Assembly: GCF_000092105.1 (NCBI RefSeq)
Contig: NC_014148.1
Span: forward strand, 5,391,076-5,423,075
Length of the DNA stretch: 32,000 nucleotides
Source of the DNA: Planctopirus limnophila DSM 3776
GTDB taxonomy: Bacteria; Planctomycetota; Planctomycetia; Planctomycetales; Planctomycetaceae
Direction of reading: 5' to 3'
A program made the translations under genes and the position numbers. Under the pieces are notes generated by a model, which was not told the origin of the DNA, made no database searches, and saw only the letters and a list, made by a program, of their open reading frames with translations. Positions 17,115 through 25,353 of this stretch are shown here, piece after piece. Each line of letters begins with the position of its first letter. Positions within the stretch are counted from its first letter, which is position 1.

Positions 17115-17564
17115 CTATTTCGTCAGATTAAAATTGATGACGTTCTTGCCGGGTTTGACTTCGGCCTCGAGTGTTGATGCCGTGGTGTACTTGGCCGGTA
17201 ACCCTTTTTCATCGGCGGCTGTTTCAAACTGAGCTGTGCCATCTCCTTCGGCAGCCGTGTTATCCAGCCCCTCTTCTCCTGACCCTAGCACCACTCGGCA
17301 ATGGCCCACTTTACAACCACGGGTTTCCCGAATGTAGGTGAGTTCGTACTGGCCACTGGCATTGGTGATTCCAAATGCCGGTCGCCCCTGATCCGGATGA
17401 AAGGTGACTCGAACACCACTGACGGGTTCGCCTTCCATGAGAATCGTGCCAGAAACGAGTCCCAGAGCGGGAGCATCAGATACACCCAGGCAACCCGTAT
17501 TCGCAGCAGAAGCGATTAGGCACAAACACAACAGGAGCTTGCGACCAGTGGCAAAGAAGCTCAT
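17115..17564 (-). CDS. lipoprotein with carboxypeptidase-regulatory-like domain (partner of DUF1559 paralog 2)
   Basis: MSFFATGRKLLLCLCLIASAANTG|C lipobox, then VSGTILMEGEPVSGVRVTFHPDQG...GITNASGQYEL. ATG at 17562-17564 is preceded by GGGAG. Confidence 0.75.
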   Translation of the reverse strand: MSFFATGRKLLLCLCLIASAANTGCLGVSDAPALGLVSGTILMEGEPVSGVRVTFHPDQGRPAFGITNASGQYELTYIRETRGCKVGHCRVVLGSGEEGLDNTAAEGDGTAQFETAADEKGLPAKYTTASTLEAEVKPGKNVINFNLTK

Positions 17565-17614
17565 CTTCTCAACTCCCACAAAACAGGTGCAGATGGATCT
17601 CTGAGGGGCCACAT

Positions 17615-17691
17615 GATGATCGTCGAGTCGAAGAATCGATCATCGAAGAGTCGGGGCTGATTCCCTTTGTGAGATAGAGAAATCAGCCCCG
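17615..17691 (-). promoter_or_regulatory. two intercistronic stem-loops between DUF1559 paralog 2 and its lipoprotein gene
   Basis: CGGGGCTGATT (17652-17662) pairs perfectly with AATCAGCCCCG (17681-17691). GATGATCG (17615-17622) pairs perfectly with CGATCATC (17637-17644). Neither has a U-tract on the minus strand. Confidence 0.45.
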
Positions 17692-17710
17692 GCACATTTC
17701 GTCTTGGGCT

Positions 17711-18652
17711 TTAGAATTCACCCACAGTTTCGTTTTTGCCGCGGGTGCTGATGGCCTGATAGGTGGGCATGTGCATGTTTTCAGAAAGGAAACGGACACT
17801 GCCATCACCCATCAGAAAGTGGGCACCACCGGTGTGATAACTTCCGGCAGCTTCTTCGGTGTAGGAATTGATGGGGTCGTTACCTTCGGCGGCAATCAGA
17901 TATTCCGACATTTCTGTGGGAGGATTGCTGTCGGCACCACCCGAAAAACCATGCTTGCGGTCACTGCCACCACCGCCCAGCCTGTCGGCATCTCCCCCCG
18001 AATCGACCACTTCACTGATGAAGATCGTGTTGGAAAGTCCATCGGTGACATCCCGGAAGCGAATGCTGCTGCTGATGAAGAAAATCCCATCGCAATTCAT
18101 GCAGCCACCGGCCTGTGTCATCGTGGCGAATGTGCGACCACCACTCAGGCAGTCGTCGCCATCGTTTCCAATCAATGTTCCCATGTTGGCATTGTAGTTG
18201 GATGGTGCGTAGCCATTCTTTTGAACACCCAGCGTGACATCGGGCTGCGAAGGACACCAGAAGACCGTTAATGGTGCTTTACCCACCAGATCCTGCTTGG
18301 AATCGCCTACGCCACCACCTTCAGTCCCCATACCATTCACACCCTGGACTTCGTTGTACATGGGTGCCTGATCAATGAACGGCAGCAGGCTGGCATGCCA
18401 CGTCCAACCGTGACCGTTGTAAGCCGTCCCGGCGGCATTCAGCAGGACAATGCTTCCGGAAGGAAGCGCCTGATAGACATCGTGATAGTTGTGCAGAGCC
18501 AGGCCGATCTGCTTGAGATTGTTTTTGCACTGAGTTCTGCGGGCTGCTTCTCGAGCCTGCTGAACAGCTGGGAGCAGGAGTGCAATCAGAACTGCGATGA
18601 TCGCAATGACCACAAGTAACTCAATCAGAGTAAAGCCACTTCGGCGTCGCAT
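17711..18652 (-). CDS. DUF1559 / prepilin-type N-terminal cleavage-methylation domain protein (H-X9-DG family), paralog 2
   Basis: [58 protein letters not shown], and C-terminal [12 protein letters not shown] followed by [11 protein letters not shown] at 18652 has GAGGAA upstream; the track ORF begins at TTG 18658. Confidence 0.9.
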   Translation of the reverse strand: MRRRSGFTLIELLVVIAIIAVLIALLLPAVQQAREAARRTQCKNNLKQIGLALHNYHDVYQALPSGSIVLLNAAGTAYNGHGWTWHASLLPFIDQAPMYNEVQGVNGMGTEGGGVGDSKQDLVGKAPLTVFWCPSQPDVTLGVQKNGYAPSNYNANMGTLIGNDGDDCLSGGRTFATMTQAGGCMNCDGIFFISSSIRFRDVTDGLSNTIFISEVVDSGGDADRLGGGGSDRKHGFSGGADSNPPTEMSEYLIAAEGNDPINSYTEEAAGSYHTGGAHFLMGDGSVRFLSENMHMPTYQAISTRGKNETVGEF

Positions 18653-18946
18653 GAACAATTCCTCAAATCATGGCAAGAAAACAGGGACGAGCTGATGGTT
18701 TGCTCCGCTCGGAGCTGGCTCAAAAACAGGAGACGAAAGTAGCATGACGAGCAAACCTGTTGGTGATCACACCAGTTTGCCTGGCTACTGAAATTGGAAA
18801 AATTCGAGCATTATCAATCACTTTGAACTAGGTGAAAACACTCGTTTGTTTGTGTGAATTCCGTATGAACGTCCTGTTAAGTAACTGATAGGAATTAAAA
18901 TCGATTACTGGTTGACAAATCATCACAACTGAACAGCCTCCAAAGC

Positions 18947-18987
18947 AAATCACGGTCAGTCGCTGTGACAGCCACTGACCGTGATTT
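18947..18987 (-). terminator. intrinsic terminator of the DUF1800-DUF1501 operon
   Basis: Perfect 14-bp stem, AAATCACGGTCAGT (18947-18960) with ACTGACCGTGATTT (18974-18987), plus an inner GCTG/CAGC pairing. It lies 39 nt past the stop at 19026. The minus-strand tail is ATTTGCTTTGG. Confidence 0.7.
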
Positions 18988-19025
18988 GTAAGGTGAGAAG
19001 AATGCCTGCCGTTCAATCGTGGGGA

Positions 19026-20261
19026 TCAGCCAAGGATTCCTGCCATAGGCAGAATGGACGGATCGAGGATGCTGGCGGGGTTGGCTCCCAGCCAGTCCTT
19101 GAGAATCGAGGCATAAACGCTGCGGAAATCAGTGGTGTGGTGTAAGTCCCCCACGTCATCCAGTCGGGCAAGATCGGAACGCGTTCCGTGGAACCCTGCT
19201 CGGGAAGTTCCTCCCGCCATGAACATGAGGTTCGCCGTCCCATGATCCGTTCCTTCGCTCTGGTTCTCGGCCACACGGCGGCCAAACTCAGAAAAGGTCA
19301 CAATCAGTGTGCGATCCAGATGCCCTAAGTTTTTCAAATCGCGCACAAAGCTTGAGAGGCTCTCACTCAGTTCCTGCAACAGCATCGCATGACGCATCTT
19401 CTGTGTGGCATGATGATCAAACCCGGGCAGTGATACGTAATAGACCCTGGTCGGAACCTCTGCGGCAATCATTTTCGCCACCAGTCTGAGTGTCTGCGAA
19501 AACTGATAGGGCAGGTAATCCCTTGTTGTCGGCTGCAACCTCACCTTTTCGGAAAGCTGTCTCGAAACAGACAGGACGTCGTTCCCTGTTCGCTGCAGAA
19601 ATGCCAAAGAAGAATTCGCACTCACTGAGGGAACATGAACTTTGGCCAACTCGTCTTCTCGCGCTGATCCGCCGGAAAACTGAAAGAGCTGAGGATTCGA
19701 GAGAGTCACAACGCGCGGATGATCGCCGGCAAAGGTTTGTGCCGTTCGTTCGCCAAGCTGCACACCCAGTGTTGGTGTCGCCGCTTTTGAGCATTCGCTG
19801 TCAAAGTATCGGCCAATCCAGCCACTGGCGATATTCTTCTCCGATCCCGAAGCCGTCTCCCAGATTTCGGTGGATCGAAAGTGCGAGCGGTCAGGATTCG
19901 GGTATCCCACACCCTGAATCAGACTGAGCAGGCCATCTTCCCACAACTCCCGCAGAGCGTACATTTCTGAATGGAAACCACAGTAATCGTCAATCCTGAG
20001 CACGTCTTCCTGCGCCACAGAGAGCTTGGGACGTGCCTTGTAATACAGATCATCACCGTAGGGGACGAGTGTGTTAAGCCCATCGTTCCCGCCAGCCAGT
20101 TGAACCAGCACGAGGATGCGATCATCCGGCAAACCCTCAATGGGTGCATGAGCCAGCGCCTGGCGTGACTGCACCACAAACTGCGGAAGTGTCAGACTCC
20201 AGGCAGTCAACAGTCCTGCCTGCTTCAGAAATTCGCGTCGACTGGAAAAAGAGATTGCCAT
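19026..20261 (-). CDS. DUF1501 domain protein with Tat-type signal
   Basis: MAISFSSRREFLKQAGLLTAWSL... (twin-Arg motif), LPGFDHHATQ, and TFSEFGRRVAENQSEGTDHGTAN, typical of DUF1501. ATG at 20261 has GAGG 6 nt upstream; the track ORF starts at TTG 20312. Confidence 0.9.
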   Translation of the reverse strand: MAISFSSRREFLKQAGLLTAWSLTLPQFVVQSRQALAHAPIEGLPDDRILVLVQLAGGNDGLNTLVPYGDDLYYKARPKLSVAQEDVLRIDDYCGFHSEMYALRELWEDGLLSLIQGVGYPNPDRSHFRSTEIWETASGSEKNIASGWIGRYFDSECSKAATPTLGVQLGERTAQTFAGDHPRVVTLSNPQLFQFSGGSAREDELAKVHVPSVSANSSLAFLQRTGNDVLSVSRQLSEKVRLQPTTRDYLPYQFSQTLRLVAKMIAAEVPTRVYYVSLPGFDHHATQKMRHAMLLQELSESLSSFVRDLKNLGHLDRTLIVTFSEFGRRVAENQSEGTDHGTANLMFMAGGTSRAGFHGTRSDLARLDDVGDLHHTTDFRSVYASILKDWLGANPASILDPSILPMAGILG

Positions 20262-20312
20262 GCTGACCTCGCACTGAATCGATGGATGAGAATTTCCGCT
20301 TGATACAACCAA

Positions 20313-21938
20313 TCATGTGAGCTGGTAATCGGGCGAACTGAGGATCAGCCGCAGGACTGCCTGAACCCGCAAAGGTCCCACGTTTCGTGTCGCCGCCTCC
20401 ATGGCAGCTGCCCGAAGTTCTGCCCGTGGTAAATCCACCAGCAATCGATTCAGCAGTTGGTCAGCCAGATCGGCAGACGAGTCCGGGAGACCGGCAGGAA
20501 AGAGTTTGTCTGGCGAGAATTTGACTTCGTAAGCGGGGCCGGTTTCCCGTTCGCCGCGACGAGGTGCCATCATCCCTTCACCCTCAGACATTCCTCCTCC
20601 CATACGAGCAAGAAATCTGGCTCGCTCCGCAGGATCTTTGGGAAGCATGACCGGCCGACCGCGATCCCGCCCCATGGGGTCCATTCCTGGAGGCTCTTTC
20701 GATTCCAGAACAATATCCGTGAGGTGGTATCTCAGTGCCAGAGTTCCAGCGCTGATCCATGTTTCACCACCTGGCCAGCCTTTCACATTGGGTGGCTCAA
20801 AGAGTTCCTGACCCAGGGCTGCCAGATATTTGTTGACTCCTCGCGTATAGGTTGTGTCGAGTTGCAATTGACGACAGGTGCTCACCCAGAGCACGACCGG
20901 ACTCTTGATGAGACGATTTCTGGACCCATCGGTGTAAAACTCGTCAGCAGTGAACAGCACGCGCAGCATCGGTGCGATCTCACCACCGGTTGATCGGAAC
21001 ACCTCGGCCATCTGCTGTTGGACTCGACCGGTTTCATCACTCAGACCAAAGTAGCTGGCCAGTTTTTCAGCAAGAAATAATCCGCAAGCCGGGTGATTGA
21101 CTGTGAGTTCGATCACTTCATCGAGACCGAATGTGCCTGTTTTTCCAAAGATTGTTTTAGTGCCCGAATCGTGCCGCTCGACCACCAGTTCTGCGACAAT
21201 ACCATCGCGCGTAAAGCGTCGATTATCCGCTGGGTTGGTTGGTCTCTGGGGTAAGGTTGTGCCAGGTGGAGCATTCAGCTGCCACCCTGAGAGTGCACGA
21301 GCCGCCTCGCGAATATCGGCCTGAGTGTAATGACCGTGCCCGAGAGCAAAGAGTTCAAAGAGTTCGCGGGCGTAATTCTCATTGGGCTGTGTTTTTTCGC
21401 TGTCCTCCAGATCGAGATAAATCATCATGGCGCCATCAATCGTCATGGCTCTCAGCAGCTGACGAAAGTTCCCCAACGCATGCTTTCGTTGAGTCGCATT
21501 CTGCTCGTACATGGCTTGAGATATGAGAACCTTGCCAATGCTCGAGGCAAAGTGGCTGTGCCAGAAGAGTGTCATCATCTCCCGCAGTGGTACCAGAGAC
21601 GTCAGCATCTCATTCACCCACCAGCGGCGCAGATCAGCAATCTCACGGGCATACCGACCGTTGGTCGCACCATGCTTGCCGCGAAATTCTTCGGCAGTGG
21701 TATCTGCATATCGCCGCTCTGTGTTCACCCACGGTGTTTTGACCCACTCGGGCGGCGTAGGGCAAGGGGCCTTCTGAGCGTCTTCCAGAAGCTGATCGAC
21801 TGCCTGTTCTCGTGATAAGGCAGCCAGTTTCTCTTCGTGCTTCAGATCGAAGCCAAATCCCGTCCTCGCGAGGAGATGCCGGGCGGCTAGTGACGACCAT
21901 CCCGACTGCTGTGCTTCATGGACACGATTGCGAGGCAT
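20313..21938 (-). CDS. DUF1800 domain protein
   Basis: N-terminal ARHLLARTGFGF and TLFWHSHFASS match the DUF1800 signatures (hLL.RagFG, FWhnHF). GGAGGG ribosome-binding site. It lies immediately upstream of DUF1501, the classic pairing. Confidence 0.9.
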   Translation of the reverse strand: MPRNRVHEAQQSGWSSLAARHLLARTGFGFDLKHEEKLAALSREQAVDQLLEDAQKAPCPTPPEWVKTPWVNTERRYADTTAEEFRGKHGATNGRYAREIADLRRWWVNEMLTSLVPLREMMTLFWHSHFASSIGKVLISQAMYEQNATQRKHALGNFRQLLRAMTIDGAMMIYLDLEDSEKTQPNENYARELFELFALGHGHYTQADIREAARALSGWQLNAPPGTTLPQRPTNPADNRRFTRDGIVAELVVERHDSGTKTIFGKTGTFGLDEVIELTVNHPACGLFLAEKLASYFGLSDETGRVQQQMAEVFRSTGGEIAPMLRVLFTADEFYTDGSRNRLIKSPVVLWVSTCRQLQLDTTYTRGVNKYLAALGQELFEPPNVKGWPGGETWISAGTLALRYHLTDIVLESKEPPGMDPMGRDRGRPVMLPKDPAERARFLARMGGGMSEGEGMMAPRRGERETGPAYEVKFSPDKLFPAGLPDSSADLADQLLNRLLVDLPRAELRAAAMEAATRNVGPLRVQAVLRLILSSPDYQLT

Positions 21939-22040
21939 GCCAGCCCTCCGGTTCCGCAGTTGAAAACTCTCCAGCAGTCACCATGGACTCTGTGCCAATC
22001 TTTTCGATCAGAGCCAGTGACTATACACAGGCAGAATTTT

Positions 22041-22125
22041 ATTGCAAATGAATTGCAAATAAGATTACGGGCTTTAGAATGTTCTAGCATTGGAAGTTCT
22101 AAAGATATTGATGTGCAGTTGCAGT
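22041..22125. promoter_or_regulatory. cluster of short direct and inverted repeats in the divergent DUF1800 / DUF1559 promoter region
   Basis: ATTGCAAAT occurs twice (22041-22049 and 22052-22060) with an 11-bp period. CTTTAGAA (22072-22079) and TTCTAAAG (22097-22104) form an inverted repeat. The palindrome TAGAATGTTCTA is at 22075-22086. TGCAGT is tandem at 22114-22125. The context is AT-rich. Function is not established. Confidence 0.3.
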
Positions 22126-22272
22126 ACATAAGATCTTTGGCTTTGGTTCCCAGGTCAGTGGTCGATCGATGCCTCTGGTAGATCGACTTTCGAGCCTGAA
22201 ATGTAACGGTTTATCAAGTATCCAGTTCAAGTTTTTGTTTTTTTACACTAGTGATCGAGGAGGTCTCTTCGC

Positions 22273-23325
22273 ATGAACATCCAGAAACGACATGGTTTCA
22301 CTTTGATTGAACTGCTGGTAGTGATCGCCATTATTGCAATATTAATTGCATTGCTTTTACCAGCCGTGCAGCAGGCCAGAGAGGCCGCCAGGCGAACTCA
22401 ATGCCGAAATAATCTCAAGCAACTGGGTCTGGCTCTCCATAATTACGAGAGCACTTTCACGGTCTTTCCCACAGGTGGAAACAGTTCGAGTTACTCGGTC
22501 CAGGCTCGAATTCTCCCCTATATCGATCAGGGCAATGTGCAGAATCTGATCAACTTCAGCGTGCCTCCACAGATTGGCTCCGGCCCCAGTTCGACAGTCA
22601 ATCCGGCACTTGCGACAGTTTTCCCGAACGTGGTGCCCGTTTTCCTTTGCCCCAGCGATCCTGCTCCCACGCAATATCGATTCGCTTCCGGAGCCAACAC
22701 TTATACCTACGGCGGCAACAACTACATGGTCAGCACCGGCAGCGGGACCGGCACCTTCTACGACGACCGCTTTCCCACAGATGGAATCTTCTGGTTTAAC
22801 TCGAGTGTCCGCTTCCGGGACATCACTGACGGGACTTCCAATACCGTTTTCATGAGTGAAACCATTCGCGCCGATGGAAGCCCTGACAGCACGAGTGAAC
22901 CATTTCCTTACCGCAAGCTGCTGGCTGGAACTTCCGGTGCCTCGAGCAGTGGAGCTCCCGCCACGGGCGGCTACATGGGTTCTGGAAGTGGCTGGCAAAC
23001 AGGCCTCATCAGCAATCCCGATCTCGCTCCCGTCATTCCCGGAAAGACCTGGAAAGGTGGAACGGATGGCTCAGGACGCGGCCTCTCCTGGGTTCGTTCA
23101 CTCAGCACTTACGTCACCACCAACGGTTATAACCGACCCAACAGCAACATCCCCGATGTTCAAGTTCACGGCGTCGGCTTCTATGGCCCTCGCAGTCTCC
23201 ACACAGGTGGCGCTCACGTATTGATCGGCGACGGAACCGTTCGCTTCCTCTCTGAGAACATCGATATCACACTCCACCGCGCACTTCACAGTCGCAACGG
23301 CAACGAAGTCGTCTCCGAATTCTAA
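22273..23325 (+). CDS. DUF1559 / prepilin-type N-terminal cleavage-methylation domain protein (H-X9-DG family), paralog 3
   Basis: GAGGAGG ribosome-binding site. [62 protein letters not shown]9-DG is [12 protein letters not shown] (His codon at 23200, Asp codon at 23230), followed by VRFLSENI. Confidence 0.92.
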   Translation: MNIQKRHGFTLIELLVVIAIIAILIALLLPAVQQAREAARRTQCRNNLKQLGLALHNYESTFTVFPTGGNSSSYSVQARILPYIDQGNVQNLINFSVPPQIGSGPSSTVNPALATVFPNVVPVFLCPSDPAPTQYRFASGANTYTYGGNNYMVSTGSGTGTFYDDRFPTDGIFWFNSSVRFRDITDGTSNTVFMSETIRADGSPDSTSEPFPYRKLLAGTSGASSSGAPATGGYMGSGSGWQTGLISNPDLAPVIPGKTWKGGTDGSGRGLSWVRSLSTYVTTNGYNRPNSNIPDVQVHGVGFYGPRSLHTGGAHVLIGDGTVRFLSENIDITLHRALHSRNGNEVVSEF

Positions 23326-23590
23326 CCCCTGGCGGGGCTTGGGGCAGCGTATGGACGCCAGTCGTTCATTAACGAAAGGGGCTTACGCTGCCAGAGGGTG
23401 ATATGAGTGAATTGCCCATGCCTCTTGCGGGGTTTGTGGCAGCGTATGGACGCAAGTCGTTCATTGATGAATGGGGCCTACGCTGCCAGAGAGTAATGTG
23501 AGTGAATTGCTCATGCCCCTTGCGGCGTGTGTGGAAGCGTATGGACGTCAGTCGTTCATTGATGATTGGCGCCGACGCTGCCAGAAAATC
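23326..23590. repeat. tandem repeat, 95-bp period, about 2.8 units, each unit with a nested hairpin
   Basis: Unit starts are at 23343, 23438 and 23533 (GGCAGCGTATGGACG / GGAAGCGTATGGACG). Units 1 and 2 align without gaps with 12 mismatches in 95 by hand count. The outer stem is GGCAGCGT/ACGCTGCC. The inner hairpin is ATGGACG-N5-CGTTCAT. Confidence 0.85.
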
Positions 23591-23596
23591 TTCAGT

Positions 23597-23650
23597 CAGG
23601 CATACTGCCTGGAAAGTCACTTTATCGCTTGAGAGCGGTGGGTGACTTTC
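23597..23650 (+). other. two further stem-loops downstream of the tandem repeat
   Basis: CAGGCA-TAC-TGCCTG (23597-23611). GAAAGTCAC (23612-23620) pairs perfectly with GTGACTTTC (23642-23650), with an inner CGCT/AGCG pairing. No clear U-tail follows. Confidence 0.4.
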
Positions 23651-23737
23651 TGCCATTCGATAAAGACGTGTTGGCGGAAATAGAATGACTTCTACACAAC
23701 ATCAGAATTTAGCGGTCGTTCCTGGAGAGCAAATGAA

Positions 23738-25210
23738 ATGAATCGATGGTACTTGCAGGTTTGTGGTTGGATCACGGCTGGTCTGTCTCTTTGGGGCACA
23801 TCTCAGGCGACAGAAGTATGGCCTGGCTTTCGAGGCCGGGGAGACAGCCATATGGATGGTGGCCAACTCCCATGGTCCTGGGAAGCGCGAGGTCAAGTTC
23901 AAGGGAACTGGTCGATCCGACTCAAAGGCTATGGGCAATCCAGCCCTGTCGTCTGGAAAAATGTCGTCTATGTGACATCCATCTCGGGAGAGATGAAGGA
24001 GCACCTGCACCTTTTCGCGTTTCATCTTGCTGACGGTGCCCTTCTTTGGGAGAAGGAGTTTTCCGCCACTCAGAAGGTCAAGGACAGCGACACCGTTAGC
24101 CGGGGGGCTCCGACGCCAGTTGTAGATGATGGTCATGTTTATGCCATGTTTGAAAGTGGCGATCTCTTTGCACTCGACCACTCAGGAAATCTGAAGTGGG
24201 AGCGATCTATTGTCAAAGACTATGGTGAGTTCAAGGGCCCGCATGGCTATGCCAGTTCACCGCTGCTGGTGAACGACCTGTGTGTCATTCAAGTGGCGCA
24301 TTCAGGCCCTTCTTACATTCTGGCTCTGGATCGAAAGTCAGGCCAGAACCGCTGGAAGGTTGATCATCCGTCACAAACAGGGTGGAGTTCGCCGGCAGTT
24401 TACGACAAGGATGGCCAGTCTCAGATCCTGATTTCGACTGCCGGGAGTGTCCGCTCTTTGAATCCTGAGAATGGGGCCACACTTTGGATGAGTGAAGAGA
24501 TCCAGGGCAACTCCACAGCATCTCCCACAGTGGTCGGAGATCTCGTCGTGATTGGTGCCGCAACAGAGCGGGGTGGTGGGGGCGGACGACGCACTGGGAC
24601 AACCCCACCTGGCGTCACTCCATCTGCTCCGACTTCAAGTTCACCTGTTCAGACTTCTCAGGGTGAACAGCCTCAGGACGCAACATCAAAACCTCCGGGT
24701 CCTTCAGGAAATGAATCGGCGGGTTCGCCATCCAGCAGTGAGCGTCCGCAGAGTCCACCCTCCAGCAAACCTACAGGAAGTGGCGTTTTTCGCCTGCATG
24801 ATCTTTCGGCCGATCAGACTCGTCTGGTCTGGAAATCGGATAAGGTTTCTTCGGGCTATGCTTCACCCGTTGTTGTGGGAGATTTCGTCTACTTCGTGAA
24901 TCGAGTGGGTGTCGTGACTTGTGCAAGACTCAGCGATGGAGCGATCCAGTGGCAACACAGGCTCCCCGGTGAAGTCTGGGCCTCTCCGATTGCCAATAAT
25001 GGACACGTCACTTTCTTTGGAAAGTTTGGCTTTGTGGTCACGCTCAAAAGCGGGCCACAGATTGAAGAGATCGGCGAAAGCAATATCTCGACAACCGAGG
25101 TCGTTTATGGAGTTGCAGCCGTTGATAACAGTTGGATTGTTCGCACTGGTCGAGGATTGATTCGGATCAGTGACCCATCGAATACGAAGCCGAGTTCTCC
25201 AGCAAATTAA
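23738..25210 (+). CDS. PQQ-like (BamB-type) beta-propeller repeat protein, secreted, with internal low-complexity insert
   Basis: GGAGAG ribosome-binding site and a signal-like N-terminus. WPGFRGRGDS, with repeated blades of the form ...SSPVVWKNVVYV..., ...DGALLWEKEF, GAPTPVVDDGHVYAM...GDLFALDHSGNLKWE, SSPLLVNDLCVIQ..., ALDRKSGQNRWKV. A G/P/S/T-rich insert of about 70 aa is present. Confidence 0.85.
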   Translation: MNRWYLQVCGWITAGLSLWGTSQATEVWPGFRGRGDSHMDGGQLPWSWEARGQVQGNWSIRLKGYGQSSPVVWKNVVYVTSISGEMKEHLHLFAFHLADGALLWEKEFSATQKVKDSDTVSRGAPTPVVDDGHVYAMFESGDLFALDHSGNLKWERSIVKDYGEFKGPHGYASSPLLVNDLCVIQVAHSGPSYILALDRKSGQNRWKVDHPSQTGWSSPAVYDKDGQSQILISTAGSVRSLNPENGATLWMSEEIQGNSTASPTVVGDLVVIGAATERGGGGGRRTGTTPPGVTPSAPTSSSPVQTSQGEQPQDATSKPPGPSGNESAGSPSSSERPQSPPSSKPTGSGVFRLHDLSADQTRLVWKSDKVSSGYASPVVVGDFVYFVNRVGVVTCARLSDGAIQWQHRLPGEVWASPIANNGHVTFFGKFGFVVTLKSGPQIEEIGESNISTTEVVYGVAAVDNSWIVRTGRGLIRISDPSNTKPSSPAN

Positions 25211-25253
25211 GGCTGGCTCTCGTGGTGGGATGAATGAAAAGGCTTTGCTGAAC

Positions 25254-25291
25254 GAAAAGCGCGTCTGCAATCATGCACCGACGCCCTTTTC
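25254..25291. terminator. possible bidirectional terminator between convergent genes
   Basis: GAAAAGCGCGTC (25254-25265) pairs with GACGCCCTTTTC (25280-25291) at 11 of 12 positions. The core is GC-rich, with an A-tract on one side and a T-tract on the other. The GC core is short, so support is only moderate. Confidence 0.45.
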
Positions 25292-25353
25292 TATTGAACC
25301 TGTGGATCCCCTGAATTTCGGACATTTCACAAGTCTAGCAAAGTTTAAACGAT

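Noticed and set aside
16834-17232. 132-aa plus-strand ORF in the phhB/lipoprotein gap
   Set aside because: Its 3' third overlaps the lipoprotein gene on the opposite strand, and the sequence is Arg/His/Cys-rich without motifs. The gap is better explained as non-coding DNA containing the palindromic element at 16964-16993.
20310-20315. DUF1800 stop TGA immediately followed by an in-frame TTG of the DUF1501 ORF, as evidence of a fused or recoded gene
   Set aside because: The two ORFs are in different reading frames relative to each other. A GAGG-preceded ATG 51 nt downstream gives a clean Tat signal peptide, so ordinary operon spacing explains it.
23326-23590. Possible CRISPR array
   Set aside because: The whole 95-bp unit is conserved at about 87% between units. 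There is no alternation of identical repeats with unique spacers, only about 2.8 units are present, and no cas genes lie in the window.
23369-23656. 95-aa minus-strand ORF covering the tandem repeats
   Set aside because: The repeat period is 95 bp, which is not a multiple of 3. The same DNA unit is therefore translated in three different frames. The peptide has no ribosome-binding site or recognisable features. It is an artefact of the repeat.
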